Of a DNA stretch of 64,000 nt, positions 25,301 to 35,833 are shown in pieces; within the stretch, counting starts at the first letter, position 1; each line of letters begins with the position of its first letter. This DNA is from Escherichia coli (GTDB lineage: Bacteria > Pseudomonadota > Gammaproteobacteria > Enterobacterales > Enterobacteriaceae): NCBI RefSeq assembly GCF_002854065.1, contig NZ_CP024147.1, one strand, 5' to 3'. The notes beneath the pieces were generated by a model. That model worked only from the letters and a program-made list of their open reading frames with translations, was not told the DNA's origin and searched no databases. The translations under genes and the position numbers were made by a program.

Positions 25301-26492
25301 ATTCCTCCAGCATCTGTTGTCCGCTGTAAGCTTTGCGGCTACGCGCGCTAAAGTTCTCCAGCGTGGTGCCAAAAATCTGCTCGGCGATCTCCGCTTTCGG
25401 TTGCTGTACCAGGGTGAGCACCTCGGCCTCATCCACCGTATGGCCGCCGGATTTTGCCAGCACCTCTTTTGCCGCCTCGCTATGGGTAGCAATGACCGGC
25501 ACGCCAATCGATAACGCTTCGCACAGAATCAGCGGGTAATTATCTACCCGCGAGCTGAACAGCAGAGCGTCCAACGGGTTCAGTTCGCTCATCAGTTGGC
25601 GTTTATCGGTCAGAAAACCGTGGTTCACCACGTTGCTGCCCTCAAACGGCGAGAACTTACCAAAGGTATGGACCTCGACCTTATCGCCCAGCGCGATAAT
25701 ATCGCGCACCAGCTGCTGGTTGGTTTTGCCGTCATAGCGCAGGTCGTGAGCCACCACGGCGATTTTAGGCCGCGAGGAGAAGCGTTTTACCGGCGTCAGC
25801 TCGGCAAGAATCGCTTCGGTGGCGACGTCGATCCCGTTATTGATAATCTGGCAGCGCCCTGCGCCGTAGAGGCTGTTAAAGGCCTCGGCAACATGCTGAC
25901 TGGGTGAAATAAAACGGCAGCCCAGCGCCAGCATCTGGCGGAAAAGTTGACGTTTTTCATCGACCAGCGCATGTGCGCGATCGACCTTCACCGGCGGGTA
26001 GTTACTCAACGTTGGGCACTTCTGACAGCCGCTTTTCCAGCCTTCGCAGCCGTCAAGAAAGGCACAGCGCCCGGTCACGCTCCAGTGATCGTGCAGCGTC
26101 CAGATAAAAGTCGCATCGCTTTTATGCGCCTTCACCCGCTCGCAGAAGTTCACCACATCCGCCAGATTCAGCCAGTAGCTGTGCATGACGTGAAAATGCA
26201 GTACCACCGGGCCGTCAGTACGGGTGACCTGGCGATACAGGTTATTGAGGTTGCCAAACACATCGCGGTTAAACAGGCGGAACAGCGCCAGGTTCGCCAT
26301 TGAGGTTAACCGTCCGGTCTGCTTCACCACCTGCGGATAACGGTCATGGCTGACGCTCTTCTTACCGCCTTTGCCATAGCCGTAGACAAATTTTGACGAC
26401 AGCCCCTGACGGAGTGCGCGCTGATGCAGATCCAGCGCCACGCCCGCCGCGCCGCCTTCGGCCAGACGGACGTTAAATTGCAGAATATTCAT
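25275..26492 (-). CDS. wcaC: Colanic acid glycosyltransferase WcaC (GT4)
   Basis: 405 aa; position between wcaB and wcaD. Confidence 0.88.
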   Translation of the reverse strand: MNILQFNVRLAEGGAAGVALDLHQRALRQGLSSKFVYGYGKGGKKSVSHDRYPQVVKQTGRLTSMANLALFRLFNRDVFGNLNNLYRQVTRTDGPVVLHFHVMHSYWLNLADVVNFCERVKAHKSDATFIWTLHDHWSVTGRCAFLDGCEGWKSGCQKCPTLSNYPPVKVDRAHALVDEKRQLFRQMLALGCRFISPSQHVAEAFNSLYGAGRCQIINNGIDVATEAILAELTPVKRFSSRPKIAVVAHDLRYDGKTNQQLVRDIIALGDKVEVHTFGKFSPFEGSNVVNHGFLTDKRQLMSELNPLDALLFSSRVDNYPLILCEALSIGVPVIATHSEAAKEVLAKSGGHTVDEAEVLTLVQQPKAEIAEQIFGTTLENFSARSRKAYSGQQMLEEYVSFYQSL

Positions 26493-26983
26493 TTGATTAC
26501 CTTCACTCGCGCTTTTTCGCCCACCACCAGCGCATGGTCCGGAACGTCGTCCAGCACCACGCTGCCCGCGCCAATGGTCACGTGGTTACCGATGGTAATA
26601 CCGCCGATAATCATCACGTTGGCCCCCAGCTCAACGCCATCACCAATCCTTGGGCACGCCAGACTCTCCGGGCCGCGATTGCCGATAGTGATGCCGTGAC
26701 GAATCGTGAAATCGTCTCCCGCCACCACGTTTTTATTGATCACCACGGCATAACCGTGGTGGATGGTGAAACGTCGGCCAATGGTCGCCGCCGCCTGGAT
26801 TTCATAGCCGAAGAAACATTCGGTGATAATGCGGTACAGCACCAGCACCGGCGCCGCCCACAGGTTGTTCAGCACATTTTTCTTGCGCCACACCGAGCAA
26901 AAATGAGCCACACGGTAGGCGATCACCATGCAGCAAGGGCGCAGGCTCCAGCTGTTGGCATGTAAATCTTCCAGTAGCATCAT
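26489..26983 (-). CDS. wcaB: Colanic acid acetyltransferase WcaB (serine acetyltransferase-like hexapeptide protein)
   Basis: 164 aa with hexapeptide repeats; 4 bp overlaps with both neighbours. Confidence 0.88.
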   Translation of the reverse strand: MMLLEDLHANSWSLRPCCMVIAYRVAHFCSVWRKKNVLNNLWAAPVLVLYRIITECFFGYEIQAAATIGRRFTIHHGYAVVINKNVVAGDDFTIRHGITIGNRGPESLACPRIGDGVELGANVMIIGGITIGNHVTIGAGSVVLDDVPDHALVVGEKARVKVIK

Positions 26984-27822
26984 TTACTCCGCAGTCCGTC
27001 GACCCAGCGTTTGCCGTTGCGCACCGACAGCAGCGTCAGAAACGTCTTCCAGGTCATGCGCTTATTACGAATTTGATAGAGCGTGAACAGCTGATACTTC
27101 TTACTCGCCCGATCAAACTTCTCTTTGTGCTTGCGGTAGAAGCTGAAGTAGCCGGAAAACTTTTTGGGTGACGAGGTGATCTGCATTTCACCGTGGTTGA
27201 TGTGCAGAATCTGCGTAGCGGCTTCAATCTTCCACGGCTCGCCGTAGGCCACCACCATGCGCAGGAAAATATCGTAGTCCTGCGCCGCCTTCAGTTCGGT
27301 ATCAAACAGGCTTTCTTTAAAACGCCAAGCCCAGCTAAACACCTGATTGCCAATGATGTTGCGCTTATAGAACAACTGACGGGAGAACGGCGATTTCGGG
27401 TACAACGGCAGGCTGGCAGGCTGCGAGTACACCTCCCCTTCGCAGACGTAGTCATCGGCGTACAAAAAGGCGTGATCCATCAATTGCTGTTTATGTTCGA
27501 GAAACAGCGAAAGGCGGTTGGATGTCCACTCATCGTCATCATCAATACCGGTGATAAACTGCCCTTTGGCCTGCAGAATGGCCTGATTGCGTACCGCGCA
27601 TGCTCCGGAGTTAAAATCGTTGCGCGTGTACTGTACGCGGCGATCGTTGAGTTCGATGACAAACTGCTGAAGCTGCTCATAGCTGCTGGAGCAGTCATCG
27701 ACGATAATCATTTCCCAGTGAGGATAGTCCTGACGCAGTACCGATTTGATGGCGCGAATGGCCAGCTGCTGTCGGTTCCAGGTCGGCATATAAATGGAGA
27801 TCAACGGGTTGTCTGTTGTCAT
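26980..27822 (-). CDS. wcaA: Colanic acid glycosyltransferase WcaA (GT2)
   Basis: Probable start MTTDNPLISIYMPTWNRQ; GT2 motifs; ORF track start at 27864 is probably over-extended. Confidence 0.88.
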   Translation of the reverse strand: MTTDNPLISIYMPTWNRQQLAIRAIKSVLRQDYPHWEMIIVDDCSSSYEQLQQFVIELNDRRVQYTRNDFNSGACAVRNQAILQAKGQFITGIDDDDEWTSNRLSLFLEHKQQLMDHAFLYADDYVCEGEVYSQPASLPLYPKSPFSRQLFYKRNIIGNQVFSWAWRFKESLFDTELKAAQDYDIFLRMVVAYGEPWKIEAATQILHINHGEMQITSSPKKFSGYFSFYRKHKEKFDRASKKYQLFTLYQIRNKRMTWKTFLTLLSVRNGKRWVDGLRSK

Positions 27823-27856
27823 GGTATATCCCCGAATAAGCGTTTGAGCGGTTGTT

Positions 27857-27945
27857 CCCCTCACCCTAACCCTCTCCCCAGAGGGGAGAGGGGACCGTTC
27901 GGTTTTCTCCCTCGCCCCTTTGGGGAGAGGGCCGGGGTGAGGGGG
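27857..27945. repeat. ~90 bp nested palindromic REP/MITE-like element, copy B, in the wzc-wcaA intergenic region
   Basis: CCCCTCACCCTAACCCTCTCCCCAGAGGGGAGAGGGG...CTCCCTCGCCCCTTTGGGGAGAGGGCCGGGGTGAGGGG; inverted relative to copy A and lacking about 20 bp of copy A's central spacer. Confidence 0.75.
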
Positions 27946-27951
27946 ATGTTA

Positions 27952-30114
27952 TTATTTCGAATCCGACTGATACTCGTACTCGTAGTACCCGTAATCCTGG
28001 TATCCCGTCGCGCGGCGGAAGATCGAGTTGAGGATAACCCCTTTCACCGCAATGCCATTCTGCTCAAAGCGGCTCAGGCTGGTTTCTACTTCCTTCAGGG
28101 TGTTAACCGCATAGCGCGTGACCATCAAGGTGGTGCCCGCGTGGCGACCAACGATAGCGGCATCGGTAACCGCGAGAATCGGCGGCGTATCGATCAGCAC
28201 CAGGTCATAGTTCGCTGAACCCCACTTCAGCAGCTCGCTAAAGCGCTCGGCCATCAACAGCTCCGACGGATTTGGCGGGATCTGCCCGCGCGGGATCAGG
28301 TCAAAGTTGGCAACCGACGTCCGTTTCGCGCTGCTTTCAAACGCCGCTTTCCCCACCAGCACCTCGGACAGGCCGTTATCATTGGTGGTGCCGAGCAGTT
28401 CGTGGGAATAGCCTTTACGCATATCGCAGTCGATCATCAGTACGCGCTTATGGGTCTGGCTGATCACCGCCGCCAGGTTGGCGCAGACGAAGGTTTTACC
28501 GATAGACGGGCTGACCCCGGTCATCATCAGCACGTTGTTCGGCGCCTGCATCATGGCGAAGTGCAGGCTGGTGCGCAGGCTGCGAATGGCTTCGATCGCC
28601 AGGTCGGTCGGGTTACCCACCGCCAGTAGCTGGCTCTGCTTATAGCGCTTCACACCGTTGACGCTCTTCACGCTATCGCGCGATTTTTGCCACTCGGAGA
28701 GCGGAATGCTGGCATAAACATTGATGCCATGCTCTTCGAGCACCTGTGGGCTTTCGATACCGCGGTTAAACAGCGAGCGCAGCAGCACGCCGACGATCGA
28801 CAACATCAGGCCGAGAATAATGCTGCCCAGCACGATCAACGCTTTCTTCGGCTTCACCACCCCCGGCTGAGTAATTGCCGGGTCGACAATCCGCACATCG
28901 CCGACGGTACTCGCCCGGGTGATTTTCAGCTCCTGCTGTTTATTCAGCAGTTGCATATAAACCTGTTGACCAGACTCCACGTCACGGGTCAGGCGTACAA
29001 TCTCCTGCTGGGTTTTCGGCATCGCCGTCACGCGTTTGCTCAGCTTGGCCTTCTCTTCTTCCAGCGCCCGGCGTTTTTCCAGCAACGTGCGATAGGCCGG
29101 GTGGATGCGGGTATACAGCTTGGAGATTTCCGCTTCGCGGAACGTCAGCTCGTTCAGCTGCGCGTCGATGTTCACCATCGAATCGAGCACCGATTTCGCT
29201 TCCAGCGGCAGGTCTACGGAGTCTTGCTGCTGACGGTAGGTATTCAGTTTGTTTTCCGCCACGTCCAACTGGCTGCGCACCTGTGGCAGCTGCACTTCGA
29301 GGAACTCGAGGCTTTTCGCGGCTTCTTCCGATTTGCGCGCCACGTTCTGCGCCACGTAGTTGTTGGCGATACTGTTGAGGATGTCGCGGATCTGATCTTT
29401 GTCTTCACCCACCATCGTGAGCGTCAGCACACCGGACTCTTTACCATCCTCGGTGACGCTCAGGCTATTTTGCAGGTTATTGATCATCCCCAATGTTGAA
29501 TATTTGGTGACGGTAAAACTCGCGCCATCGTGGGCGGCGATCCCGGTAACCAGCAGCGAAACGCCGCCTTTATTCAGCGTCTCCCCGACCTTCCCTTCTG
29601 CGCTAAAACCGTCGTCGTTGCTCAGGCGATAGCGCGTTGGGTTGATAACCTCCAGCGTAAAGGTGCTGTCGGCCATCGAGGCCGGGCGATTAAAGGCGCT
29701 GACCTTCACCGTCTCATTCTGGCGGCCCATCAGCCGTTCCCAGCCCGCCCCCAGAATCGGAAAGGTGTTTTTGCTCACGGCAATATCCAGCCCCAGATCC
29801 TCAACGGTTTTCCCGAGCACCATACGCGAGGTGATCATCTGGATTTCCGCCTCGGAGGCCGGCGGCTTGCTGGTGAGCGCGTTGCTGATATCCTGCACCA
29901 GCGCGCTGCCCTGATTTTGCTCAATGCGCACCAGTGCGTCGGCGCTGTAAATCGGCGTGGCGAACAGCGCGTAGACAATCGCCAGCGCGGCAAACAGGGC
30001 GGTAATGCCGATGACCCACCATTTGGCTTCCACCACGGTGCCCACAAGGCGACCAATGTCGATCTCATCGTTGCCCGAGACCGATGGGCTTATCTGTTTT
30101 ACTTTATCTGTCAT
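27952..30114 (-). CDS. wzc: Tyrosine-protein kinase Wzc (polysaccharide co-polymerase / BY-kinase)
   Basis: Probable start MTDKVKQISPSV; C-terminal Walker A GVSPSIGKT and tyrosine-rich tail YQDYGYYEYEYQSDSK. Confidence 0.95.
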   Translation of the reverse strand: MTDKVKQISPSVSGNDEIDIGRLVGTVVEAKWWVIGITALFAALAIVYALFATPIYSADALVRIEQNQGSALVQDISNALTSKPPASEAEIQMITSRMVLGKTVEDLGLDIAVSKNTFPILGAGWERLMGRQNETVKVSAFNRPASMADSTFTLEVINPTRYRLSNDDGFSAEGKVGETLNKGGVSLLVTGIAAHDGASFTVTKYSTLGMINNLQNSLSVTEDGKESGVLTLTMVGEDKDQIRDILNSIANNYVAQNVARKSEEAAKSLEFLEVQLPQVRSQLDVAENKLNTYRQQQDSVDLPLEAKSVLDSMVNIDAQLNELTFREAEISKLYTRIHPAYRTLLEKRRALEEEKAKLSKRVTAMPKTQQEIVRLTRDVESGQQVYMQLLNKQQELKITRASTVGDVRIVDPAITQPGVVKPKKALIVLGSIILGLMLSIVGVLLRSLFNRGIESPQVLEEHGINVYASIPLSEWQKSRDSVKSVNGVKRYKQSQLLAVGNPTDLAIEAIRSLRTSLHFAMMQAPNNVLMMTGVSPSIGKTFVCANLAAVISQTHKRVLMIDCDMRKGYSHELLGTTNDNGLSEVLVGKAAFESSAKRTSVANFDLIPRGQIPPNPSELLMAERFSELLKWGSANYDLVLIDTPPILAVTDAAIVGRHAGTTLMVTRYAVNTLKEVETSLSRFEQNGIAVKGVILNSIFRRATGYQDYGYYEYEYQSDSK

Positions 30115-30116
30115 GG

Positions 30117-30560
30117 TTATCCCTGCTGTGCTTTCAGTGCCTGCGCCCACTGGCTGGCAGACCTGTCGAGTAACTGGTACACCGCTTCAAATGCCTCCCG
30201 GCTTTTGCGATACGGATCGGGAATCTCGCGTTCGTTATCCCAATGACCAAACAGCATGACCTTGCCGCGCATCTCCGGCGCCATTTCATGCAGGGTGGCG
30301 ACATGACGTTTTTCCATCGCCAGAATCAGATCGTACTCACGACACATACGGCCAGAGATCTGTCGCGCGCAGTGCCCTTCCAGCGAAATCGCGTGCTCGG
30401 CGGCAACGCTCGCGGCGCGTTCATCCGCCGCTTTACCCACTAATGCTCCCAGCCCCGCCGATTCGACGGTCAATGACGGCAGATGGCTGCGTAGCAGCCG
30501 TTCCGCCGTGGGGGAACGACAGATGTTCCCCACGCAAACCACAAGAATTTTGCTAAACAT
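30117..30560 (-). CDS. wzb: Low-molecular-weight protein-tyrosine phosphatase Wzb
   Basis: 147 aa; N-terminal ILVVCVGNICRSPTAE CX5R P-loop. Confidence 0.95.
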   Translation of the reverse strand: MFSKILVVCVGNICRSPTAERLLRSHLPSLTVESAGLGALVGKAADERAASVAAEHAISLEGHCARQISGRMCREYDLILAMEKRHVATLHEMAPEMRGKVMLFGHWDNEREIPDPYRKSREAFEAVYQLLDRSASQWAQALKAQQG

Positions 30561-30565
30561 GACGG

Positions 30566-31699
30566 TTACCAGGTATGAATGTCTTTCGCCGAATCGGTCA
30601 TGTAGCGAACGCCACTGATGGTCGGCAACAGTTGGTTGATCAGACGGTTCCAGCGAGCAACCGGTGCGGTGGTGACGTAAACCACGTCATACGGCTGGAG
30701 AATAAAGTTGGTTGCCATGACCAGTGAGGTCGCATCAGACATATCCAACTGATAGATGTTGGCCATCTTGCCGTTGTTGCCCGCTTTGGTTGGACGAATC
30801 ACGAAGATACCGCTGGCATTGGAGGTCGTCAGGTCGATGCCTTCCGCCTGGCCGAGCGCTTCGGTCAGCGTCATGCCGCTGAAGTCCATTTTGAGCGTGC
30901 TCTGTTTTTTCACTTCGCCCATCACGAAGACCTTGAGATCATCGTTACGCGGTACGAAGAGGATATCACCCGGATAGAGCAAGCGGTTCTGGCTCAGATC
31001 GCCGTTTTGCATCAACGCCTGCACTGAAATGCGCTGTTCTTTGCCATCGTGAGTCAGTACCACGTTGCGCCAGTCGGCCAGTTCGCTCAGACCACCCGCC
31101 GCGTTGATCGCGTCCAGTACCGTCAGCGGTACGTTGGTGATAGCCTGCTGGCCGGATTTGTTCACCTGCCCGGAGACATACACTTTTTGCGAACGGAAGG
31201 CGGCAACGTTCACGTCAACCTGCGGGTCGGTGATGTAGGCGGCGAGACGCTGGGTAATGGTCTGGCGAATTTCCGCCAGCGTGCGCCCTTTCACCTGCAC
31301 TTTGCCAATATAGGGATAGAAAATGGTGCCGTCCGGCTGGACCCAGTTACCGGTATCGCTGGAGCTACGGTACTGCCCCGCCGGGGTGGTCAACTCCGGG
31401 TGATCCCACACCGTGACGTTCAGCACGTCGCCTGAACCGACGCGATACTGGTAATTGCTTAACTCCTGATCCAGCGACATGTTCGGTTGCGCGACGTTGG
31501 GACGTGGGCGTAATTGTTCAATCAGTCGCGGGGTCAGCGGATAAACATTCACCATCCGGCCAATGTCATAATCAGCATCCTGCTGCTTAATCACATCTTT
31601 TCCATAGGTAGACATATTGCTGCCTGGAAGTATGGTGCAACCACTCATCAAGCTTACCGACACCAATAATGGCATCAATTTTAGTTTGGATTTCATCAT
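30566..31699 (-). CDS. wza: Outer-membrane polysaccharide export lipoprotein Wza
   Basis: 377 aa; lipoprotein signal peptide with lipobox LMSGC; first gene of the wca operon. Confidence 0.95.
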   Translation of the reverse strand: MMKSKLKLMPLLVSVSLMSGCTILPGSNMSTYGKDVIKQQDADYDIGRMVNVYPLTPRLIEQLRPRPNVAQPNMSLDQELSNYQYRVGSGDVLNVTVWDHPELTTPAGQYRSSSDTGNWVQPDGTIFYPYIGKVQVKGRTLAEIRQTITQRLAAYITDPQVDVNVAAFRSQKVYVSGQVNKSGQQAITNVPLTVLDAINAAGGLSELADWRNVVLTHDGKEQRISVQALMQNGDLSQNRLLYPGDILFVPRNDDLKVFVMGEVKKQSTLKMDFSGMTLTEALGQAEGIDLTTSNASGIFVIRPTKAGNNGKMANIYQLDMSDATSLVMATNFILQPYDVVYVTTAPVARWNRLINQLLPTISGVRYMTDSAKDIHTW

Positions 31700-31885
31700 T
31701 GATTATTTATCACTTTGGCAGAAAATTATCCTGTGCGAATTATATTAATCCGTACGATTTGATTACCTGTAAACTCACCATGCATTTATTTGCCGATGAA
31801 TATAACTGGCATATATCCTAAAAAAGTTGGGATTCATCCGCAGGCTATTGACAGAATAATTCAGGCTTTACGTCACGCCTTCAGG

Positions 31886-31897
31886 CATGCTACTGCC
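31886..31897 (-). promoter_or_regulatory. ops-like motif (GGCAGTAGCATG, 10 of 12 matches to ops) in the wza leader; possible JUMPstart
   Basis: Plus strand CATGCTACTGCC; sits about 190 bp upstream of the wza start codon. Two mismatches to the consensus, so function is uncertain. Confidence 0.3.
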
Positions 31898-31968
31898 CTT
31901 GGCTTTCAGCTACCAATTCACCTAAAAATCATGTTGTTATAGGAAACCCACCCATTCATAAAAAGAAT

Positions 31969-31982
31969 AGAGAATATTCCTG
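31969..31982. promoter_or_regulatory. Candidate RcsAB box upstream of wza
   Basis: AGAGAATATTCCTG matches the RcsAB consensus TAAGAATATTCCTA at 11 of 14 positions; an alternative 11 of 14 candidate TAAGAATAATATTA lies at 32120-32133. Confidence 0.3.
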
Positions 31983-32342
31983 GATATATAATTGCAGGGA
32001 TAACATCCCCTGCATGACTATTTTATGACGCACATAAATGGCTATTCCATTCAGTACCGAGAGAATTGTTGCAGTTAAGCGAATAGCAGGCAAGGTAACT
32101 GCCGCTTAAAAAATATTTTTAAGAATAATATTAAGATTAATTAATCGAGTATTTTTAGGAATTTCTTTATATTGACAGATTACAGAGTGAGTTTCTCACC
32201 ATCAAATATTTCACGGGAATATTATCCCCTATTTTCACAATATCCTTAGATTTTGTCATGATAAATCACAGGCAGACGTTGCATTTTGCCGCGGCTTTAT
32301 CCATGATCAATTTGTCTTGTAACATAAGGTTTTAACCAACGT

Positions 32343-33923
32343 ATGGAATGGATTGCCGATCCCTCTATTTGGGCGGGACTCGTGACGCTGGTCGTCATTG
32401 AGCTGGTTCTCGGAATTGATAATCTGGTGTTTATCGCCATCTTGGCGGAAAAGCTGCCGCCAACCCAGCGCGACCGCGCGCGCGTCACCGGGCTTATTCT
32501 GGCCATGCTGATGCGCCTTCTGCTGCTGGCCTCTATTTCGTGGCTGGTCACGCTCACCCAGCCTTTATTCAGCATCCGTGATTTCACCTTCAGCGCCCGC
32601 GACCTCATTATGCTGGTCGGCGGCTTCTTCCTGCTCTTTAAAGCCACGGTAGAGCTCAACGAGCGGCTGGAAGGGAAAGACAGCGATAACCCTACCCAGC
32701 GGCGCGGCGCGCGCTTCTGGGGCGTAGTGGCGCAGATTGTGGTGCTGGATGCCGTTTTCTCGCTCGACTCGGTGATTACTGCCGTCGGCATGGTCGACCA
32801 TCTGGCGGTGATGATGGCGGCGGTGATTATTGCCATCAGCCTGATGCTGCTGGCCAGTAAAGCGCTCACCCGCTTTGTGAACAGCCACCCGACCATTGTT
32901 ATCCTGTGTCTGAGCTTCCTGTTGATGATTGGCTTTAGCCTGGTGGCGGAAGGCTTTGGCCTCGTCATACCTAAAGGTTATCTGTACGCGGCTATCGGTT
33001 TCTCAGTGATGATCGAGTTCTTAAACCAGCTGGCCATCTTCAACCGTCGTCGCTTCCTCACCGCTAACCAGTCGCTGCGAAGCCGCACGACGGAGGCGGT
33101 TATGCGCCTGCTGAGCGGCAAGAAAGAGGATGCCGAGCTGGATGTCGGTACCGCCTCGCTGCTGGTGGACCAGGACGATCAGCAAATCTTCGACCCGCAG
33201 GAACGGCGGATGATTGAGCGTGTGCTCAACCTTAACCAGCGCACGGTCAGCAGTATCATGACTTCACGTCACGATATCGAGCACATCGACCTCAGCGCGC
33301 CGGAAAGCGAAATTCGCGCGCTGCTGGAGAAAAACCAGCATACCCGCCTGGTAGTGACCGGCGGCGATGACGAAGAAGATCTGCTCGGCGTGGTGCACGT
33401 CATCGATCTGTTGCAGCAGTCGCTACGCGGTGAGCCGCTGGATCTGCGCGTACTGATCCGCCAGCCGCTGGTCTTCCCGGAGGCGCTGCCGCTGCTGTCA
33501 GCGCTGGAACAATTCCGTAACGCGCGAACCCACTTTGCCTTCGTGGTGGATGAGTTTGGTTCGGTCGAGGGGATTGTGACGTTAAGCGACGTGACCGAGA
33601 CCATTGCCGGTAACCTGCCAAACGAGGCTGAAGGGATTGATGCGCGCCACGACATCCAGAAAAATGCCGACGGCAGCTGGACGGCAAATGGCCACATGCC
33701 GCTGGAAGATCTGGTGCAGTACGTTCCGCTGCCGCTGGATGAAAAGCGCGAGTACCACACCATTGCCGGGCTGCTCATGGAACACCTGCAGCGCATTCCC
33801 ACAGCCGGTGAAGAGGTGCAGATTGGCCCGTGGACGCTGAAAACCTTACAGGTCGAGAGCCACAGGGTACAGAAAGTGCAGATTATCCCGCCGCCGCAGG
33901 AAGAGTGGGATTACGAAGTGTAA
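32343..33923 (+). CDS. yegH: Inner-membrane protein YegH (TerC-family membrane domain plus CBS pair and CorC/HlyC transporter-associated domain)
   Basis: 526 aa; hydrophobic N-terminal half and soluble C-terminal half; divergent from wza. Confidence 0.88.
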   Translation: MEWIADPSIWAGLVTLVVIELVLGIDNLVFIAILAEKLPPTQRDRARVTGLILAMLMRLLLLASISWLVTLTQPLFSIRDFTFSARDLIMLVGGFFLLFKATVELNERLEGKDSDNPTQRRGARFWGVVAQIVVLDAVFSLDSVITAVGMVDHLAVMMAAVIIAISLMLLASKALTRFVNSHPTIVILCLSFLLMIGFSLVAEGFGLVIPKGYLYAAIGFSVMIEFLNQLAIFNRRRFLTANQSLRSRTTEAVMRLLSGKKEDAELDVGTASLLVDQDDQQIFDPQERRMIERVLNLNQRTVSSIMTSRHDIEHIDLSAPESEIRALLEKNQHTRLVVTGGDDEEDLLGVVHVIDLLQQSLRGEPLDLRVLIRQPLVFPEALPLLSALEQFRNARTHFAFVVDEFGSVEGIVTLSDVTETIAGNLPNEAEGIDARHDIQKNADGSWTANGHMPLEDLVQYVPLPLDEKREYHTIAGLLMEHLQRIPTAGEEVQIGPWTLKTLQVESHRVQKVQIIPPPQEEWDYEV

Positions 33924-33929
33924 TATTTT

Positions 33930-33952
33930 CCCGGCGGCGCCATGCCGCCGGG
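33930..33952. terminator. GC-rich hairpin between convergent yegH and asmA; possible bidirectional terminator
   Basis: CCCGGCGGC-gccat-GCCGCCGGG perfect 9 bp stem; flanking runs are only weakly T/A-rich, so terminator activity is uncertain. Confidence 0.35.
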
Positions 33953-33962
33953 CTTAGGGATG

Positions 33963-35807
33963 TTACTGCTTATCGAGGAGCTGCTTCACGTCTTTACCGG
34001 ACTGGGTATTCTTATTGCGTTCCGCCCAGTCATTTAACCGACGCTTCGCCTCGTTCTGTAGCTGACGGCGCAGTATCTGGTCTACCTGCAAACTGTAGTT
34101 CAGGGCTTCCCATTTGCCGTAAACGCGCAGCGGAATAGCCGTAGACTTCAGAATATCCACCAGCTTGCCCTGCCCCTGCCAACCATCAGTAACCTGAATA
34201 CCGAACTGCAGATCGCCTTCCTCTTTCATCAGATCGAGAGTGCCTTTGCCGGTCATCTGCATCAGCGAGGATTTCCCTTTCATGTTACTGAGCGCCAGAA
34301 TGCCGCTATCGAGGTCAACATCGGTCGTCAGTTCATCCAGCCGCGTGGCGCTGTCATAGTTCTCCTGCGCCTGCACGTCTGTACTACGCTCAACCGCCTG
34401 CTGAACCAACTGCTGGAAGTTCAGCCCTTCGGTACGGGTGTCTCTTAGTTCAAGATTCGCCTGCCCCTGCCAGTCGCGGCGGAAGTGGTTGGCATCAATC
34501 ACCGAACCCGAAAAATCACCGGCCAGCGACAGTTTGCCCGTCATGTTGATGGGGTAGTTGAAGGCCTTCAACAGGCTGCCAATCTCGATGTTGTCGAGCT
34601 TAGGCTGAAATTCGGCCTGCGGAGTCCCACTGCGCGCATCCAGCGTGCCCGGCAGTGACAGTTGACCACCGGCTAATGAACCTTCCAGTTGAGAGATATG
34701 CAGCAGCCCACGCTGGTTATCGGCCTGCAGGGTCACATGGGTAAACGGCAGCCCGCGCCAGACGATCTGGTTCGCGGTCATCGCAAGCGAACCATCGAAG
34801 CTTTTCAGGCCGCTATAAGGCGGTAAATTAACGCCGTTGGCTATCACCGGACGCGGTTTGTTCGGCGCCGACTGTGCCTGCTGCGCGCCACCGCCGAGGA
34901 GGATATCCGAGCGCACCAGCAAGTTATCGAGGTTGAGCTTGTCGGACTGAAGGTTCAGCGACCACACCGGCTTATCGCCCAGCACCACGCTGCCTTTACC
35001 GGTCAGCGTACTGTCGTTGGCCATCAGATTGAGCGCGTTAAAGCTGAGCGTCTTCGCGTCCTCCTGCCAGCTAACGTTCACGCTACCGTTACCGTTAATG
35101 CCCTGAGCCGGAAGATCGGCGCCCTGAAGCTGCCAGCTGATTTGCGACAGCTGCGCATCCAGACTCTGCGGGTAGTTGCCCGCCTGAACGGCGGCGGAGA
35201 AACGAAGGGATAAGTCGCGCTGATCGCGGTTCATGCGGCCTGAGAAATCGACGGTGGCCTGATGCCCGGCATCCTGCTGCATCTGCAGATGAATATCGCG
35301 GACCGTCATCTGCTCATCACTTTCATGCTGGAATACCAGCACGCTGTCAATGACCTGCAGCCCGGCAATATCGAATGACCAGCCGCGATCGCCAGACTCC
35401 TGAGGCAGCGAGGTTCCTTTTGGCGCCACCGGCGCTCGCTGGTCGCGAATCGCCTCGGTTTCCGGCGTCAATTGTACCACCGCGCCTTTGAGCATCACCT
35501 GCTCAACCTGCAGCTGATGTGACAGCAGCGGCAGCAGCGCCACGTCGAGACGCATATTGTCTGCCCGCACCAGCGGCGCGCTGGCGCCGGGCGCGGTTAA
35601 GGTCATACGTCCGGACAAAATGCTTAGCCGCGGCCAGACGTGCCAGCGCAGGGAACCGTCCAGCTCCAGCTGATATCCGCTGCGCTCAGCCACCTGCTTG
35701 ATCATATAGCTGCGGAAATCGTTAGGATTGACCAGCAGCACCAACGATGACAGGCCGGCAACCAGTACCACCAGCAGAATCATCAGTGTCGTCAATATTC
35801 TTCTCAT
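33963..35807 (-). CDS. asmA: Outer-membrane assembly protein AsmA
   Basis: 614 aa; N-terminal membrane anchor MRRILTTLMILLVVLVAGLSSLVLL; position next to dcd. Confidence 0.9.
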   Translation of the reverse strand: MRRILTTLMILLVVLVAGLSSLVLLVNPNDFRSYMIKQVAERSGYQLELDGSLRWHVWPRLSILSGRMTLTAPGASAPLVRADNMRLDVALLPLLSHQLQVEQVMLKGAVVQLTPETEAIRDQRAPVAPKGTSLPQESGDRGWSFDIAGLQVIDSVLVFQHESDEQMTVRDIHLQMQQDAGHQATVDFSGRMNRDQRDLSLRFSAAVQAGNYPQSLDAQLSQISWQLQGADLPAQGINGNGSVNVSWQEDAKTLSFNALNLMANDSTLTGKGSVVLGDKPVWSLNLQSDKLNLDNLLVRSDILLGGGAQQAQSAPNKPRPVIANGVNLPPYSGLKSFDGSLAMTANQIVWRGLPFTHVTLQADNQRGLLHISQLEGSLAGGQLSLPGTLDARSGTPQAEFQPKLDNIEIGSLLKAFNYPINMTGKLSLAGDFSGSVIDANHFRRDWQGQANLELRDTRTEGLNFQQLVQQAVERSTDVQAQENYDSATRLDELTTDVDLDSGILALSNMKGKSSLMQMTGKGTLDLMKEEGDLQFGIQVTDGWQGQGKLVDILKSTAIPLRVYGKWEALNYSLQVDQILRRQLQNEAKRRLNDWAERNKNTQSGKDVKQLLDKQ

Positions 35808-35833
35808 GGCACCCTCATCCGCTTTGCGATGGG

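Noticed and set aside
15921-27945. Possibility that the GGGGAGAGGG-type repeats are a CRISPR array
   Set aside because: Only two copies, about 12 kb apart, in inverted orientation, each internally palindromic; no regularly spaced direct repeats or cas genes anywhere in the window.
8048-31699. Capsule (K-antigen) locus as an alternative to colanic acid
   Set aside because: Gene content and order (wza-wzb-wzc, wcaA-F, gmd-fcl-gmm, wcaI, manC-manB, wcaJ, wzxC, wcaK-M, then galF) match the colanic acid cluster gene for gene, including the GDP-fucose pathway and the pyruvyl and acetyl transferases.
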